From positions 1 through 24,601 of the forward strand of contig NW_021834780.1 in assembly GCF_006345805.1 (NCBI RefSeq): 24,601 nucleotides of DNA, written 5' to 3'. The notes beneath the pieces are model-generated. The model did not search any database and was not told the DNA's origin. It saw only the letters and a list, made by a program, of their open reading frames with translations. The translations under genes were made by a program, and so were the position numbers. Source of the DNA: Octopus sinensis. Taxonomy: Eukaryota. Shown piece by piece: positions 21,868-24,601 of this stretch. How positions within the stretch are numbered: position 1 is the stretch's first letter; every line of letters starts with the position of its first letter.

Positions 21868-22150
21868 CTTTCTCAATGTATAAGTTTGTGCGCATGTGGT
21901 CAATGAGAATGAGAGACAGACCAAAACTCACCCTATAAATACTCATAAAATAGGAAATCAATATTGGCGGCATATTAAATATGTCGGTGGTGGTACTAGT
22001 GATGCTGTAGTAAAGGTGGTGGTGTAGAAGGTGGTGTAGGTGATAGTGATGCATATTGTATTGATGATGGTGGTAGTAATCGTAGCGGGGATAGCAAGAC
22101 CATCTTAACAGCATAATATCACCCCCCTCCCACCACACAAGGCAAACGAC

Positions 22151-22374
22151 ACGAGTAGGTGATGAAAAGTCCTTGGCTTTAAGAGTATTGCAAAAGGCCT
22201 CGTTGGAGGACCAACCTTGCAATTTCTTTTACAAGGCTTAGGAAAACTGAAACCCTGCTGTCAATAAGTGTGTGAGTCTGAGAGGGGGAATATGTTGCAT
22301 AAAACCATAATTAACTGAACCTCCTGTATTTTCTGTTATCCAAAGCCAGGAACTTTTCAGACACACTCCTCGTA
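22151..22374 (+). mobile_element. Mariner-derived non-autonomous element (MITE)
   Basis: TIRs ACGAGTAGGTGATGAAAAGTCCTTGGCTTT / AAAGCCAGGAACTTTTCAGACACACTCCTCGTA; internal NKCVSLRG(E)YV remnant of the mariner transposase C-terminus. Confidence 0.75.
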
Positions 22375-22478
22375 TATGTATGTATGTATGTAATAAAATA
22401 GGGTAATAATAAATTATTATTACCAGTGGCCTAGCACAAAAAAAAAACGAATTAGTCATTAGACTATATATTATTCAT

Positions 22479-22682
22479 ATAGAAATACAATAAGAAGCTT
22501 CTAAATAGGGAAGCGTTGTGCTAGAACAGAAATAGGGATAAATTCATGAAAGGAATGAAAATTAAAAACATTTACCATCTCAACTATATCCCAGACCGAC
22601 AGTTTCTAACTATTAGAATTTATCCCTTTTTGTGTTCTAGCACAACGCTTCCCTATTTAGAAGCCTCTTATTGTATTTCTAT
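22479..22682. repeat. Foldback hairpin, ~67 bp near-perfect arms
   Basis: ATAGAAATACAATAAGAAGCTTCTAAATAGGGAAGCGTTGTGCTAGAACA..GGGATAAATTC (22479-545) is mirrored at 22616-22682. Confidence 0.9.
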
Positions 22683-22789
22683 GTATGTATGTATGTATGT
22701 ATGTATGTATGTATGTATGTATGTATGTATGTATGTATGTATGTATGTATGTATGTATATATCTTTGTATATGGCCATGTTAAATCGTT

Positions 22790-22980
22790 AGCTCCTGCAC
22801 GCATTTTTTTCTCTCCTTGTTTCTCTCCGTGTTTCTTTTCTGTGCATCTTTCTGTTGAAGAGCGTAGGCTCGAACGTAAAAGACTTGTTTTATTTCTATT
22901 CCTGAGCGCCATACTAATACAATTGTTTGTTTGTACTCCACCTGCCTTCGTCTTTTGTTTATTTTCGTAAGCTTCCCGTT
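22790..22980 (+). mobile_element. Solo PLE terminal-repeat fragment with variant hammerhead-like motif (22847-22883)
   Basis: Homologous to the reverse complement of 11862-12050. Motif TCTTT-CTGTTGAA-GAGC gtag GCTC-GAACGTA-AAAGA. Ends in (TA)n. Confidence 0.75.
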
Positions 22981-23050
22981 ATATATATATTATATAAATA
23001 ATTATATATATATATATATCTATATATATATATATATATAAATTATATAT

Positions 23051-23141
<91 letters not shown>

Positions 23142-23152
23142 ATATACATATA

Positions 23153-23304
23153 TACACCGAGAGGGTGCTGAAAAGTTCCTGGTCTGAAGGACCGCTGCAA
23201 TAAGTGTTTGAATCTGAATGGGGAATATGTGGAATACAAAAAATAACTGATCCTCTTGTATTTTGTTTTACCGAAAACCAGGACCATTTCAGCTCTACTT
23301 CGTA
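23153..23304 (+). mobile_element. Mariner-derived MITE (same family as 22151-22374)
   Basis: TIRs GAGAGGGTGCTGAAAAGTTCCTGG / CCAGGACCATTTCAGCTCTACTTCGTA; internal RCNKCLNLNGEYVEYKK* resembles the mariner C-terminal RW.KC....G.YVE. Confidence 0.8.
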
Positions 23305-23439
23305 CATGGTATTGTATGCCTTGCGTTGGAAAGATATAGTATCTATTTATTGACAGCAATCTACACCATTCGTAGATGAAAATTGCATCCCTAGAAGCGC
23401 GGCGTCTAGTGTTCCCAGGGCTTCAAATGTCACTCAGTG

Positions 23440-23958
23440 ATATAGTGTTAGTACTTGTAGCAATGATGTTGGTAATATCGGTTCTAGTAGTGTTGTTGGT
23501 GGTTCGTTGAGGTGGTTGTGGTTCAATTGCTGATGGGGATTAAACGTTGTAGTAGTAGTACTTATGATGGAGGCGGTGGTTGTGTTGGTGGTCGTGTCGG
23601 TGTTGGTGTTGACGCTGGTAACAACGATACTGGCTGTTTGATGGGATTTTGATAGTAGCATTAATGGTGATGGTGCTGATAGTAGCGGTGGCGATTAGTT
23701 TTGGCAATGGTGGTAATGGTGGTGATTGTGCTAGTGATATTTATGGTGTGTGTGTGTATGTATACAAACACACACACACACATATATATTTATACACACA
23801 CACACAAATATATATATATATATACACATGTATATATATATGTATATATATGTACAAACACACACATGTATATATGTACACACACACATATAGATATATG
23901 TATACATATATAGGCATAAACATAAAGGTATGAGCGTCTATGAGTATTAAAATGTATG

Positions 23959-23989
<31 letters not shown>

Positions 23990-24250
23990 ATATATAAGAA
24001 TATACATGCATCACGTATATACCACATATATATATATATATATATACATATGGATATGTATATATAATACATACGTATGTATATATATAAGGTTATAGAT
24101 GGATCACATATATATACACATATGGATATAATATATATATATATCATATATATATAATATATATCGATATATATATGTATATATATAGACACACATGATA
24201 TAAAAACACATACACATATATTTGTAATACATGTATGTACAAACGAATAC
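23440..24250. repeat. Degenerate (GTT/GGT/GAT)n array followed by (TA)n/(CA)n/(TATG)n microsatellites
   Basis: Direct reading. Confidence 0.85.
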
Positions 24251-24514
24251 GCACAAGCATACATTTTTAAAAGCGCATATATAGTTAATAAATATACAAT
24301 TTCTTTTCTTTTTCTGAAAACATGCAAATTGTTTCGGCCATTAAAACCGCTCTTCATAGAAATGGCGCTCTTAATAGCCGAACAAATTTGCATGCATCAA
24401 CAAAAGACGTTAGCATATGTTGCATACTCTATATTTAGCATTCAGTTCCTTTGAAATTATTGTGTTTCTACCCAAACATTTCTGTTGTGTACGTGAGGAT
24501 ATATAGAGACCTTA

Positions 24515-24601
24515 CATACATACATACATTACATACCTACAACTACATACATACATACATACATACATACATACATACATACATACATACATACATACAT
24601 A
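24515..24601. repeat. (TACA)n microsatellite
   Basis: Direct reading. Confidence 0.95.

Overview
AT-rich, microsatellite-dense eukaryotic repeat DNA with no recognisable host exon. The SINE families and repeat density suggest a cephalopod, probably Octopus (inference). Almost every long ORF in the supplied track is a microsatellite artefact. The window is dominated by Penelope-like retroelements (PLEs) and their hammerhead ribozymes (HHRs). (1) 2252-7910 (-) is a 5'-truncated PLE. It has a frameshifted ORF end with a CxCx5C linker and GIY-YIG endonuclease (6953-~7800). This is followed by a ~4.7 kb strand-skewed non-coding tail with a hairpin cluster, hierarchical tandem repeats and a terminal HHR. 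It is joined head-to-head to a ~3.27 kb inverted copy of its own tail (7911-11184), and both outer ends lie in (TA)n. (2) 11266-11658 is a near-perfect palindrome with one HHR per strand, each with a long branched stem II. (3) 11862-13960 (-) is a second, decayed PLE (RT and GIY-YIG remnants) with a variant HHR; a related terminal-repeat fragment lies at 22790-22980. The rest comprises tRNA-derived SINEs (two with perfect TSDs), an RTE-clade LINE 3' end, two mariner-derived MITEs, several unexplained foldback hairpins and many simple repeats. All alignments and folds were done by eye.
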